Shown here one piece after another: positions 1-16,433 of a stretch of DNA of 64,000 bases. The translations under genes and the position numbers were made by a program. The notes beneath the pieces were generated by a model, which was given only the letters and a program-made list of their open reading frames with translations, was not told the origin of the DNA and searched no databases. This DNA is from the human T2T-CHM13v2.0 reference genome, Homo sapiens. Location of the stretch: the NCBI RefSeq assembly GCF_009914755.1, contig NC_060938.1. One strand, written 5' to 3'. Position 1 is the first letter of the stretch, and each line of letters begins with the position of its first letter.

Positions 1-319
1 TTACTTGTACATCAGCTAACAATTCCTGGCAGCTGAAGTTTGTTTTCTAATATTTTATTTTTGTTTTGGTGAAACTTTTTGATGATGACCAGACTTTGAA
101 AATAGCTATTAAATAACTTGCTCACTATCATACATAATTACAGTACTTCTTTTAAGGTAATCATGAGTTATTTTTATCATATTATGCAATGTTGGTCAGA
201 TTTTTCCCATTCCATGTTCTCCTTGTAGAGTTATATTAAATTACAACGAGAAATGCATCATTGTGGAGAATCAGTATAGTTGAAAGTTGAGATTCTGCAA
301 TCATGAAGAGGGCTGTATG

Positions 320-490
320 TGAGTCTTTGAATCACGTATTGTTTCTGTGATATTCAGCAAGTTATTGCATCTTTCTCAGCCTCAGTTTCCTCTAGGCATC
401 CTGCTCTACATTTTATGAGATTTTTGTAGCTACCACATGTAAAACAGTCAGCATACTTCCTGGAAATGGTAAACATAAAAAATTAATAAA
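320..490 (+). mobile_element. MIR SINE fragment
   Basis: Degenerate MIR core 'gcaagttattgcatctttctcagcctcagtttcctc' and 3' 'atgtaaaacagtcagcatacttcctgg'. Confidence 0.65.
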
Positions 491-2219
491 TATTGTAAAT
501 ATCATTATGATTATTTTATAACAATTGCATTAGGTCTCCAGAAAAATTATAATTTTTCTGAAATAAGGTAATGCATAAAAATACAAAGAAATATAGTAAA
601 AACAAGTCACTGATCAAAGGAAAATAAAATACTAACAATAAACAATTATATCTTTTCTATAATTTTAAATAAGCAAATATTTAAGGCATTTAAGTGGCAT
701 AACTGGAGAGTCAGAATGTTGGCTGAAAGTAAAAGCAAAGCAATCAACAAAGTCATGTGAATTTCTATCCATTTGGCTACATCTCTCTCTGTCTCTCTCC
801 CTTTTAGTTCTTTCGATATAACTGTAACACAAATTTAGGTAAAATAGCAATGAGGGGGTATGAGAATCTGATTAAAGCTATGCACACTCATTGCATAAAA
901 GTATATACATATGTATAAACACATTTTGGTGTGTAATTTTAGAGATTTTGATATGTGTACACCCACACACACACACTTTGGTGTGTAATTTTGAAGATTT
1001 TTTTCTATATTGTGGAATCTAGAGGTGCCATGTATGGCAGAATAAAGCCTGTGAGTTGAATACATCCTCTTTTAGGCCATGTTCTTACCTCTAGAAAAAA
1101 AAAAAATGTGCTACTGCTATTTCTGTCCATTGGCATTGTTTACTAACTGAAATGAAACAAATACTCTGAAGCCTATGACAAAGCACGCAAATATGAAAGT
1201 ATTTCATAGGTAATCAGTGAAAAGGAACATCATTCCAAGGAATCTGAAAACCTAATTCTTCTGACATTTTATGCATGGCATTTATTTTCTCTCCTCACTA
1301 CTCACTCATATTCTAGCTTCCTGTACCAAACTATTGACAGAAAGGAGAAAATATCTCTTTCCTAGAAATTATATTTTTGTATGACTATCCTCTATAATTC
1401 CCTCCCTGTCTGTAAACTGTACATTCTAGGCCATGAAATATTCAACAAACACCATGGTGATGCCTTTTCTTCTAGACACCTCTATTTTACAAAACAGATT
1501 GTTTACAACTGTGTTCCTCTTCTGGCTAATGGGCACCCTGGGGAAATGTTGTTGGCTTTGAGACTCACCACATATTTCCAACAAATAACAATCCTAAAGC
1601 CAATAAAATCTGATAGCAGCAAATATTATTCAGTGATCTCTGAATGGAATAGGCTCATATTTCTCTTCCCCTTGGGGTATGAAGGAAAAGGACATATTGG
1701 GATGTGTGAACTGCAGCCACATATAAGCAAATGATTTCAAAAAGTAGTGGAGCATTTCATGTTCTTTGGAGTCAAATGGGAGTCCTACCCTGTCAAGCTT
1801 AGTTGCAGTGGTAACGGGTTTCTCTTTGGGGACCACAATATACATTCATTTGCTTCCCATTTGTTTTGCTGATACAGCAGCCATACCCTGGCAGGTGCTG
1901 CCGGGGACTGCCAGAGCGATGAAAGCAGATATAAATTACACCATTCTATTGGGTTCTCAGACCAATAGCAAGAATTAATGTTGCCCCATGAAGATCAAAG
2001 TGCTTCCTAGGAACCTGGGGAAACCAATACATCACTGATGGTGCCAGCTAGGATTCTGTTTGAAAACAAAGCTTAATGAGTAGCAAGATGAGAAAAGGTA
2101 GGGAAGAAAACTGCTAATAAAAAAATCAGAAGTGTTCTGGATACTTGGGTTTAAGTATTTTAACCATGCTGCTCTTTTCATATTAAGATAGATGTATATT
2201 CAGTTCACTGTCATTTTAA

Positions 2220-2450
2220 AAAATTTAAACATATATTTACTGTGCACCTACTGTGTGCCACACACTAGGGAAAACATACACAAAACATAGTTTCTGACAT
2301 CTAAAGCTTAGAATCTAATGTGGGAAAAAAGGAGTAAATAATTATTCCCAAAAATGATGTATTTGGTGATAGGTTAAACACAGAATGCTGTGAAAGCAAC
2401 AAGAGCGGCACTTGTCACAACCTCAGGGAAGTTGACAGAGGAGACCTAGA
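2220..2450 (-). mobile_element. L2 LINE 3' end fragment
   Basis: 'aaacatatatttactgtgcacctactgtgtgccacacactagg' is the typical antisense L2 3' terminus. Confidence 0.65.
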
Positions 2451-2689
2451 CCCAGGACAGGTGGCTGCTAAGTCAAATTCTAGAGGATAAGCAGAGAGAA
2501 GCCAGAAGAATTATGGGGAGATGAGGGGAATGATGAAAACTTACAAAAGCTATTATTTTGTTCAAATTGGCAGAGTACACAAAATAATTGTGTGGTAAAG
2601 GAAAAATAGAAAAAAAAAGGATCATCCAAGAATGCCTTAATTGCGGTATAAAGTCTAAAATAAGGACCCAGTATATGTGTTCTTTAATA

Positions 2690-3150
2690 TCTGGGGAAAA
2701 CCAAGATGAACTCAAATGTCCTAGCCCAAGTGCATCTCGCCATTGTGGTCTCATGGACAAGGTATCATAGCCATACCACCTTCTTTATCATGGAGACCAA
2801 GAACAGTGGTTGCTTACATCCGTGTAGAAGATTTCAGTTTCTTACCAACCCACAAAACTATTGAAACAAGCCAATCACATCTTCCTGTGGGAACCAAGCT
2901 TTACCCTACCCTCCTAATACTATAAAGCCTAACTCCCATAGCCCCTGCTTATTCACCTATTTCCCAACAGCAATCCATTCATGGTCCTGCATAGCATGGT
3001 GAGTCATCATCCCCCAAGATGTGAGTGTATGTCACTAATAAGCTGCCATGGACCTCATCTGTCCAGTGTTGTATGTAGTGTACTCAACCATCTTCATAAC
3101 TCTAGGGCAGGAATTCTTCTTCCACCAATGAGGTGAAGAGGATATTAATA
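2690..3150 (+). mobile_element. old solo LTR, probably ERVL class (subfamily uncertain)
   Basis: CCAAT ('gccaatcacatc'), TATA-like 'tataaagcc' and degenerate polyA-like 'taataagc' in LTR order. Confidence 0.4.
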
Positions 3151-3483
3151 AACACTACCTTGGGAAACAAGGTGTTATTATTTCTATTGTTGTACAAGAG
3201 AATGTTCAAGGACAAATAGGTTTATTGTTTGTTTATTTGTTTGGTGAGAGTGAAGGTGGGGGTTGATGAGGAAACTAGAAATTTAGTTTAAGCACATAGC
3301 AGTGGTTAAGCTTGTAGAAAATAAAAAAGTGGATGCAATTTGCTTATATGAATGTGGAGAAGAGAGAAAAAGAAGAGAGCATGCAGATGCACGTGAAAAC
3401 ATTTGCAGGTTGCTTGATTGGAAATGAAGAAAATTCCTGTATAGCAAGTTCTACTTTCTACTTGAGGTTTAGAACAAGGGTTC

Positions 3484-3846
3484 TGATATGGTTTGGCTGT
3501 GTCCCCACCCAAATCTCATGTTGAAGTGTAGCTCCCATAATCTCCACATGTTGTGGGAGGGTCCCGGTGGGATGTAATTGAGTCATGGGGGTGGGCCTTT
3601 CCCATGCTGTTCTTGTGATAGTGAATAAGTCTCAAAGATCTGAATGTTTCAGAAAGGGGAGTTCCCCCGCACACGCTCCCTTGCCTGCCTCTATATAAGA
3701 CGTGACTTTGCTCCTCATTCACCTTCCACCGTGACTGTGAGGGCCCCCGAGCCATGTGGAACTGTGAGTCAATTAAATCTTTTTCACTTATAAGTTACCC
3801 AGTCTCAGGTATGTCTTTATTAGCAGCATGAGAACAGACAAATACA
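3484..3846 (+). mobile_element. THE1C-like MaLR solo LTR
   Basis: Starts tgatatggtttggctgtgtccccacccaaatctc, ends gaacagacaaataca; flanks ggttc/ggatc give a 4/5 TSD. Confidence 0.92.
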
Positions 3847-4250
3847 GGATCCCTGAGAATGATGGAGGATCTAGTTAGACAGGAGATCTGGGGAACATAC
3901 AGCAAGTTGAAAATGGCTAAATAACTATGGCGAAGAATAAAAACATGTATCTCCTAGGGCAGCTGAGTTGCCACCACCAAAATATTTTATTCTTTTTTAT
4001 TTAAAATGGACATAGATTACTCACACTAGGTAAAAAGTCACAATCCTAGCTTCAGAATCTTTGTAGGATAAATGAGAAGGATGCTAAGGAACTTGATGAA
4101 AATAGCTCAGACCAAGACTTTTGGAATTGTGTATACTAATACATATGTGTCTATATGCTGACGTTTATATTGCTCTGATGTATAGCAGTTTATTGTTAAT
4201 TTGTAAAAGATTCTTGATTTAAATGCTTTGTGGGTGTATATTATCTTGTA

Positions 4251-4621
4251 TGATATGGTTAGGCTTTGTGTCCCTACCCAAAGGGACAAATCTCATCTTG
4301 AATTGTAATTCCCAGGTGTTGAGGGAGGAACCTGGTAGAAGGTGATTGGATCATGGGGGAAGTTTCTCCCATGCTGTTCTCACGGGTGAGTGAGTTCTCA
4401 GGAGATCTGATTGTTTTACGTGCTTGGCAAATTCCTCCTTCCCTCACTCTTCTCTCTCCTGCCACCATGTGAGGAAGGTCATTGTTTCCTCTTCACCTTC
4501 CACCATGATTATAAGTTTCCCGAGACCTCCCAGCCATGTGGAACTGAGTCAAACCTCTTTCCTTCATAAATTACCCAGTCTTGGGTATTTCTTTATAGCA
4601 GTGTGAAAATGGACTAATACA
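4251..4621 (+). mobile_element. MSTA/THE1D-like MaLR solo LTR
   Basis: tgatatggtt...gcagtgtgaaaatggactaataca termini and typical MST body. Confidence 0.88.
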
Positions 4622-5082
4622 TTGCTTTTCTCTAAAGGCAATCCCTGGAAAAAAAAAATGCTTGGAGATAAGAATTGGTATCAGAAGAAGAATAAGGAAA
4701 AAGAAGGAAATAGGTGCTTTCTTGAAATGTAGAAAGTGTCTATTAAAAAATAAGATAAAAAATGGTAAGATTAATAATGGTAAAAAAGCCTTGATATGGA
4801 GAAAAAAATGTTAAATGTGATGTAAAGCAAAGAGATATGCTTCATGATTTTAAATGTTTTCTCTTAAAGTTTTTCTTTGTTGCTGTGGAAAGAAAAGTTG
4901 CTTTTTATGTTCATTTATAATGATATCCCATTTATCTGCACATAACTGAAAGGTTAAGGACACACTTCCAATTTAAATACAAAGAAACAACCAAACAAAA
5001 ACAAACCTAAAACCTAAGCAAACTGGCAAGAAAAATAACAATAAAACTGATTCAAAAAAATCCTGAACATTATGTGTCAGGT

Positions 5083-5518
5083 GTTGTGGGTTGAATTATG
5101 TTTCCCCTAAAAGAAGCTGTGTATGTTAAAGACCTAAACCCTGAGACATGTGAATGTGATCTTATTTGCAAATAGGGCTTTTTCAGATACCGTCAAGGTA
5201 AGATGAGTTCATATTGTATTAGAATAAGACCTTTTCCATGATTTGAACTCTAAAAACAGAAAGGAAATTTACACACAGAAAAAACATAGAGAAAATACCA
5301 CGTGACAGTAGAGGTAGAGATTTGGGTGATATGTCTGCAAGAATTTTTGGCATCTACCAGAAGCTAAGAAGAGGGAAGGAGAAATGCTTCCCTTGAGGCT
5401 TCAGAGAGTACAGCCCTGAGACTCCTTGGTTTCCAAATGCTATCCCAGAGAACTGTGAGAGGATACATTTGTTTTGTTTTAAGCCAACCAGTTATAACAG
5501 CCCTAGGAAACCAGTGCA
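5083..5518 (+). mobile_element. MLT1 (MLT1C-like) solo LTR
   Basis: 'tgtgggttgaattatg...tgtgaatgtgatcttatttgcaaatagggc...gttataacagccctaggaaac'. Confidence 0.8.
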
Positions 5519-7499
5519 TTGGTGAAACATTCAAAAAGGCTTTCAGAAAGCCCAGCAGTGACATGAGACAAGCCTCTTTTCTGAGTTGCTTATTTGTTAA
5601 ACCAGATGCTCTTGCTTTCTGAATCATTCTATTTTTGCTGAGGTTTTCATCACCAAAGACCTCACCATTCCTTTTTGTTTTAGAAATGCCTCACTTCCAA
5701 ATTCTATAATCAGAGCACTCCAGGATTAGGCCAGCATACAAATCATTTCTACAGATTCAGAAACGTGTCTGTGTCTAGACTTAAAAGGGCCTTTATAAAG
5801 AATGAGCTCAGGTCCTCAGAAAACTTTTCCATCCAAACAATTTACTCAGCCTCAATTCAACACATCTCAGTTTGTAGGTTTTCTGCATGCCTTCCCCATT
5901 GTTTCACATTTCTGTATAGTGTCTACACAGGAAAAAGGGAAAATTGACAGAAAAAAATGGAGAAAGGAAGAAAGAGAGGAATAGGAAAGGTGGGAGAAAG
6001 GGAAGGGAGAAGAATTTTCTTCAAAAAATTAATGGACAGCTTTGGCTGAAATCAAATGCTTGTTTTGATCAATTTACATCAGTAAAACCACAATAGCTAT
6101 CCTTATAGTACTAGAAGATGATGGAGAATAAAGGTGGGGTGTGAGGCAAATAACATTTTACCTTCTTATGCACCACAGTACATCTTTTTTTTAAAAAAAT
6201 TGCTGTTAATAAGACATAAAATGACAATGAAAGAGCTACTTTCAATGCAGGTATCCTTTGAGTTCTGAGCAGTAGTTTAGCAAGAATATCACAACCTCAA
6301 AGTATTTCCTTGAATTCAAAAGTATGAGTTCAAATATTTAAAATAACCCCCTCCATTTTATTCCCATAAGGTCCTGGCTGTATATAACCCATGTATTCAA
6401 CTCTATCAACCCAAACCTGGAAAATGGTATGAACAATAAAGTAATGAAAAGTGCCCAAGTCTTTCAACAGATGAATGCTGCAAAATACAACATTCAATGA
6501 GTATCTATTATATTATTACATCCTGGATTAATAAGAATGTGTGCCCTCTGCAAGAAGATGAGATGTAAAAGAGATTTTGAAAATCTTCCATTTTATTCAG
6601 CGATCCCCTCATATTATTTGTGTTCTTATTCATGTTTCTTCTCTCCTTTCACTCAATCAAGCTTCCTATTTTAATGACATGATAATTTTTAAATGACATA
6701 TCATAAATTCCTAAGGATGCAACACTTCTCCAAGAATGCAGGTGGATTATTCTGTTGTCACTTTAGTCTGGATGAATATCTAGAGGATCCATATATCATT
6801 GACCATAATTGCAAGCTAAATTGTTGATACAAAGCTAAAACTTCTTTGAAACATTAGGCTGAATTTAATCTAGTTCTTCCTACTCAGCTCCTTGACCCCT
6901 ACTGGGAGATATGTCTGCTTTGTAAAATGAGCCTAAATTTATGAATCATCCACTTGACAATCATGTAAATTAATGGCACTTGATAAATATGCCTTTTGCA
7001 ATTGCAACGATGACTAAACTGTGTATTTTGTTAACTGCACCATTTATAGCTCACTGATTTTGGATTGAACACAAGTTTATTTGTTCTATAAATGTTTTCA
7101 ATGCCATTTCTCTGTCTTTGAGTTTAAAATAACTTTATCTATCCAGGGGACTTCTTTATTGAACACTTTTTAAAGCCCTCATCAAATATCATCTCTTATC
7201 AAATTTTAATACAATTTATGTTTACCGCTCAGTGAAGACACAGCCAGATAAATTAGAACAAGAAGTCCTTCAGCTACATCCAGCTTCTGATTAGTTGGAT
7301 ATCACTCCAATTTGTCTCCCTAGAGAATAAGCAACACAATAATAGCTGAAACACCACTCTAGGAAACTGATGCCCTATTTATCTACCCTCCTGTTAAATA
7401 GCTTTTATTTCCTTGGAGTCAACTTTAACCAATCTACTTTGACATCTGCTCCCCGGTTATATCCTAATACCTATGTCATCCCCTCTCAGTCATCAAATT

Positions 7500-9010
7500 G
7501 CTTAGGTTCCAGGTTGATAGGATTTCTTTCCGCCCCACTCCTGTCATTATCCTGAGATTTTTCCATCCCTGATGATAACACATACAGCTGCCTAGCCTCA
7601 TCTGTTCCATAGGCGTCTCAACCAATGGCCTCCACTTCTAATCTTTTCCAACCCTTTCCCCATAGTGGCTATTGGCTTCTCCATCTCTAAAATCTGAACT
7701 TTGTTCTTTGACTACAATCACTAATATTCCACTTCATCACTCACATTAATTTTTTTTATATCAATAATTCTGGTACTTTACTTGACCACATTCTGATTGG
7801 TATCACCCTTTTTTCTCACTGGGACAATAATTTACTGTTAGATAGCCTTGTCTAACATTTAATCATCTGAATCTTTTACCAACTCCACCAAATTCTGAAT
7901 TTCATTGATTCTCTCTTTCTCAAAATTTCTGATCTTCAAGAGATCCTAAAATTTAACTTTCTCTCTCTCTCATATAGAAAACCAGTTGAGAAAAAAGTAT
8001 ATTTTTGTATGGATTGGCATCACAGAACAAGTTTCTTTTCTATCTGTGTCTTCACTGTCATCTGTCAATATCTTTACGTGGTCCTGGTCAACACTTCCAG
8101 TCTTCTAAGAAGGTAGATTTTTATCAAAGTCTTCAGAACTCTCACTCTAAAACCTAGTACATTAATAAGAAATTTATCTGTGAGAAGTTGTGAAGACATC
8201 ATGTGTATATAACCTCAGTTTCCTGTCCTTACACCTACACTCTCATCTGCAATCACCTTAATGTTCTCTTTCTCTAAGATCTTGATAGGAACCACTATCG
8301 TCTGTTTTCCTTTATCACCTTCTTCTTTTTGTTTGATTTTTTTTTCTGACCATATCCTTTCCTTTGGCCTCTTCTTTTTGTTTGATTTTTCTTTCTGATC
8401 ACAATAGCATGTTCCTATCCCTTGAATAAATGTAGGAAATCATCATTGAATACCATGCATTCCTATGTGGACTACTACTTATCTTTAAAATGAAGATTCT
8501 TAAAAATTTAAGTGACTCTTGGTTTCAGTACTTCTTGGACTTTATCCTCTCCAAAGCCCTGTTGGAATATGCTTTTTTGTCATCCCTACCACTTCCTGGA
8601 AAGCAATAATGTGTCAGTCACAAATGGTTTTAAAGCTCCCAAAACTGACAGAATCATGTGACACTTCCACATTCTTTGGCATAATTGACATTCTATGTCT
8701 CCTCAACATTCTCTTTGATCTTCAACAGGAGGCTTTTTTGAGTTTGCTTTTGTGTTAATAACTATTACCTTTTATACGTTTGCAGGATGTTCTATTTCTA
8801 TTCCCCAACTTCATGTGGTTGACTTTAGGTTCTGAACAAGGTTCTGTTGTCTATTCATATGCATGTTAATCCCCTTAGACACTTTGAATGACTTCTGACA
8901 AACATCTCACCTTTGCTCCAGATCCTTATATCCAACTACCTACTGCATGTCTTTGCTTGGGGATGTACACCTCAGTCAAAACTTTACGATCTCCCTAAAT
9001 TATTTGCACC
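7500..9010 (+). mobile_element. degraded L2 LINE fragments
   Basis: Pyrimidine-rich sequence with L2 motifs such as 'ctccagatccttatatccaactacctactgcatgtc'. Confidence 0.5.
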
Positions 9011-9949
9011 TTCCACTCCACCACACTGAAAAAAACAAAAGGCAAACAAACAAAAAAACTTCCACCATTTATATTCCATATGAAAATGTTTGATGTAATC
9101 ACATAATTGCAATGTTAACCTTGGTGGTAGTATCCTAAGAAAGATCCACCTCTATGGTGGGAGAAATAAGTAACTGAAAGAAGTGGTTGGAAACATGCCA
9201 CCTCCTATCCATTTGCAGTATGAGAAGAAGGCCTGGCGTTCCTCTTTTCTCTATTGCTAATTGTCTTAGCTGCAATTTTCTATCGTTTGTGGCACAGAGG
9301 TTTAGGAATATTATTTTAATAGGAAGAATAATCCCAAGAAGCAGGTATAAGGTACAAGGGCATAGATGAAGAGATAGCTCATGCTAGAATGTTATCAACA
9401 GTCAAGTTTCTTCAAGTATGATGGATCAATCAGTTCTTTGCTAACTCCTAGAAAAAAAGTCTCAGGACTTTTGTGGGGTTGATGGAGAGAAGAATATAAA
9501 GATTCCCCTCTAGTATTGGTATTTACAATTGGCTAAAGATTCTTCAATCAAGGAGTTAACTACCCTGCTTTTGAGCATTTTCCATAGTAAAAGTGGCCAT
9601 GAGAATGAGGGAACTGAAGTTATGTTAATACAAAACCCTTGTGCTGGTAGTCAGGGCCTCGCTGCAGGCAAGAAGCAAGTTTCTGTCAGATTAATCTTGT
9701 TAGAAATCAATCAGACCCAACACAGAACTAGAATAAGATGGTAAGGCTAAAGTAGGTGAAGTGTTGCTTAAGTTGTTTGCATCAGCCATCCTTACTCAAC
9801 TTGCTAATCATAATTTTATCCTGCTCCTGTTATAGCACACGAAAAGAAGAGGGAAGAGAGCAGTGGTGATCCTTCTTGACTCTAAGGTTGTAGTGACTTA
9901 GCCTTTGGACTCTAGAGCTGGCAGTTATTAGAAAACTTAAAAGTCCTAG

Positions 9950-10240
9950 TATAAATACCACAGACATTAAAAGGATGAAAAAATATAAATTATTGATGAT
10001 TTGATGCCAATTAAAATTCAATTATAGAGATAAAATAGACAATGCTTGGAATACTCATATTACCAGAACAGACAAAGAAGAAATAGGAAGTCTGAAAATC
10101 CCTTTATGTGTCAAAGAAATTCAATTCTACAATACCCACAACTGAAAGTTCTTGGCCTGGACAGATGCACTGTAGAGTTCTACTAAACATTTTAAGGAAG
10201 AAATAATGTCAACATTAAACAAACTATTTCCCAATATGAG
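9950..10240 (+). mobile_element. old L1M ORF2 fragment
   Basis: 'acaaagaagaaataggaagtctgaaaatcc...gttctactaaacattttaaggaagaaataatg'. Confidence 0.7.
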
Positions 10241-10274
10241 CATGTACAGTAAATGTAAATTTCCCTCAAAGGTT

Positions 10275-10630
10275 TGTTATGGACTGAATATTAGTGTAAC
10301 CACAAACTTCATATGTTGAAATTGAATTTCCAATGTGCAGTATTTAGAAATGGGGACTTTAAGAGGTAATTAAGTCTGAGAGCTCCACCCTCATGAATGA
10401 GATTAGTGCTCTTAGAAGAAGAGACCAGAAAGCTAGCTTGTTCTCTTTCTGCCTTTCGAGAATACAAGAAGTCAGCAGTCTTCAATACAGAAGGTCCTCA
10501 CAAGAACCTGCCAATACTGGTGCCTTCCCCTTATAATTCCAGCCTTCAGAACTGTAAGAAATAAACTTCTATTGTTCATAAGCCACCCAGTCTGTGGTGT
10601 TTTGTTATAGCAGCCTGGAATAGCCAAGAT
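10275..10630 (+). mobile_element. MLT1A-like solo LTR
   Basis: 'tgttatggactgaat...ttcatatgttgaaa...ataagccacccagtctgtggtgttttgttatagcagcc'. Confidence 0.85.
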
Positions 10631-10639
10631 GGATTGCTT

Positions 10640-11230
10640 TATACATGATAATTTTTTGTATGTTTTATTTTAATATTAATTGTGTTTAAAATGTGTTTTA
10701 ATTTCTCTTATTATTTATTCTTTGATGTGGTGTATGGGTTATTTAGAAGCATAATTTTCAAATATTTTGAGGATGATCCAGATACCCGTTTTTTAATTTT
10801 ATTTTCCTAATCTAGTTCTTATGGTAAAAAACACATAATGTTTATTATTTAATTATTTTGAAGTATATAAACTAGATTTATCAACCAGATCATCAACTAG
10901 TTTATCAACTAGTTAAAGTAAAAAGAAAAAAATTAGACATAAAGTACAAACAGCTTAAGAAAAGTAGAATGACTATATTAACATACACCATAGTAGAGTT
11001 CAAGATAAGGAGTCTTACTGGAGATAGAGAAGAACATTTCATAATGACAAATGGCCAATTCAGTGGGAAAATGTAACAGTCTTAAACTTATATGTACCAA
11101 TAACAGAGCCTCAAATACAAAAAGCAAAAACAGCAGAACTGCAGGGAGAAATGGATATATCCAGAATTATATTTGAAATTTTAATCTTTCTCAGTATTTG
11201 ATAGAACAAGTTAAAAAATCAGAAAAGAAA
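10640..11230. mobile_element. old L1M fragments (minus 10640-10870, plus 10915-11230, endonuclease region)
   Basis: Plus part 'gagatagagaagaacatttcataatgacaaatgg...tatgtaccaataacagagcctcaaatac'; T-rich antisense part upstream. Confidence 0.6.
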
Positions 11231-11462
11231 GGAAAATCAATGTTGTAGTGAGTACAAAATCCAGGAAGCGTAGTTTATTGGGGGCCATCTCTCAAGACTA
11301 GCTACAACACAGATATAAAGCAAATATGACACGATGATCAATTACAATTGTGATAGCCAAGGCAATTAGTAAATACCACAATACAAAACGCTTTGGGTTT
11401 TTTAAGAAAACATAATTTAGTAAAGTATTCCCCAGTGAGGTAAAATAAATTATATACCTTCA

Positions 11463-11766
11463 GCCTGGTGTGGTGGCTCAAGCCTGTAATCCCAGCACTT
11501 TGGGATTCCTATGTGGGTGGATCATGAGGTCAGGAGTTCGAGACCAGCCTGGCCAACATAGTGAAACCCCGTCTCTACTAAAAATACAAAAAATTAGCTG
11601 GGCGTGGTGGCATGCACCTGTAAACCCACCTACTCGGGAGGCTGAGGCATGGAGAATCACTTGAACCCAGGAGGTGGAGGTTGCAGTGACCCAAGATCAT
11701 GCCACTGCACTCCAGCCTGGGTGACAGAGTAAGACTCCATTTCAAAAAAAAAGAAAAAGAAAAAAA
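11463..11766 (+). mobile_element. AluS (Sg-like) SINE
   Basis: Dimeric Alu with 'ggatcatgaggtcaggagttcgagaccagcctggccaac' and an A tail. Confidence 0.97.
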
Positions 11767-12474
11767 TCATATATTTTTACATCAGCAGCATTGTAAATGT
11801 TAATGATCTTAGTCCCCCTCCAATTCCAAAATGTCCTTTTTATTATATTAAGTTTCCTCTGTGTGAAAGTCTATATGCCAATTTAATCTGTCTGACTGGT
11901 CAGCTGCTTTGGATTCCCAGGATTAGGATTCCTACTCAGAATCCCAGATTGCTTGGCTGGATCACCGAAAATTTTTCTAATTCTTGCCAACTTTTTAATT
12001 TTTTTGACACTGAAATTTGTTCTTCAGACCAACTGTCAGCTGGGTACCATAGAGTTGATGCCAAACATTGAGCGTGAATTCTAGTTCTCATGCTTATGGG
12101 CAAGAAGCTTCTAAAATATTTTTGGTTTATCCTTCTGGCTTAGATACAAGTTCATCTTATGATTTGGTTGAAAACCTTCAGTAAGTAGTAAGTGGATTTC
12201 TAGGGAACTATCAGCCCATGTGTGAAGCTTCACATCTTGGTTCAAATATCAAGCAATTCTATATAAAATTACCGACTGGATGACTTATAAGAGATCCAGT
12301 CCCTGAGCATCTTAGAGATATTTAGCAAATGTGTGAATATGTCTTCTGGGTGACACTTCAATATTGCTGATATTTAACAAGAAGGAGTTCAATGTCTTAA
12401 GAAAACTAAAGTAAATCTCATGAAAATTCATTGCTGGAAACATTTTTTGTGGAAAAAATTAAATTAGAATTTTT

Positions 12475-14750
<2,276 letters not shown>

Positions 14751-16433
14751 TGTCAGATTGGTAAAATAAAATAAAAATATAATTTCAATAGCCAAGTCAT
14801 TTCATCTGTCCATAGCATCAGTATCTCTCAAGAGCCCTCGAAGAGAGTCAACATCAAATGATAATATGTAATTAAAACTAATCCTTGATCAGCTACCACT
14901 AAAATTTATCTGATTTATATTTTCAATTAATTTCAATTTTAATGGAAATTCAATACATATTATTTGTAATATGCATACATATAAACTCACACAAATACAC
15001 ACACACGCACAGACACACACATACCCCTCATATAGTATAGTACAAAGGCAATGTTTTGGTAACGGTCTAATATGTACGTAACTACATTTGTACATTTGTA
15101 CTTTGGAGTAAAACATGAATAAAAAGCATTTCCCTTCCCTTATGAACTTTTCACATGTTACACGTTAATACAATGTCATGTTGTGGCCTGTGGCATTACC
15201 TTATGTGTGAAAATAAAGCAACCATCAAGAGAAATCTAAAATTGGAGTACTTATGTTCGCCAAAATAGAATTCTGGTATAAACTCATGGAAGAAATATGA
15301 TTTCATCATCAGAAGTCTGGAGTTAAATTTTTTTCCTTTTTCAAGTTTTCAACTTTACACTAGAATATGTGTAATGTTTTGGGCATATTATTAAAAAGAT
15401 ATCTTCCTTAGAATTTTATCTGATACCCTTTAATACAGTTATAGTGGTATAAAAATTTGTGAGACTTCGAGAAGCTTAATGAATATACATGCACGTTATC
15501 TAAACAGAAGATCATAACTTTGCTTTTAAACAATTATAATCCCTCCTATTAATTTTTCTTTTGAATGCTATTCAGCTTCAAGGCTCTGTGAGCCATTTGA
15601 AGTAATTTATGAGCTCAAGATACATTTCTTAAGGAATGAGGTATCCCTCATTCTGTGTCCCTACCCATTGATCTAGAAAAAATTTTCCTTAAAATAATTG
15701 CACTAAATGATTTCTTGCCTTTATTATCGGAGAAGACAGCCCTCTTTCCCTCCCTAAAAATGAATAAACTATAGATTATAATAATTTATTACTTTGATAC
15801 CTGAGATTTCTTATTGTGTAATAACCATTGGAATAGGCAAAATCTGATCAACCAACATACAACAAACAATTCTCAAGTATTTTACAATTGATTACAAAGA
15901 AGCATAAATGTTTTTAAACATATTTAAATAATTATTTTAAAATGCATTATTTACCTAACTGAACATAATGCAATCTTTGGAGATCCCAGGTGTATTTTTT
16001 AAAACAGGCCTAAAAGGAATTAAAAAGTTGATCTAAAGTAATTATTATGATCCATGAGAGAAATAACTGTTCATCTTAAAACCCTTAGGTTATTTCAATT
16101 TAATAAGAGTCAAATGTACACACATATTGAATGCTGAATTTTAAATAAATAACAGTTTATTATTATTTCTCAAAAATACTCCTTAGGTACAAATGTACAT
16201 TGTGCAATCTAAAAATTGTCAGCTTGAACAATGGAGTAATTTGTGAGTTTGCAGTGTGTCAAAAAAAGGAAAATAATAATAATGAGAGTAAAAATGTCTA
16301 ACATAATACACACATGCTAAGCCAATTTTTGGAAGTATAAATGGACTCCTATTAAAGACATTATGGAGTAGCAAAAATCATAAAAAAAAAGTCACTAATA
16401 TTTAGGCTATCCCTTTAGAAACATGCTACTTTT

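Noticed and set aside
920-1002. Short direct duplication 'tttggtgtgtaatttt' around a CA run
   Set aside because: Ordinary slippage duplication with no sign of function.
1381-1978. 117-aa and 70-aa ORFs in unique sequence
   Set aside because: No recognisable domain or convincing exon boundaries; compatible with chance ORFs.
8320-8403. ~50-bp period direct duplication
   Set aside because: Low-complexity local slippage.
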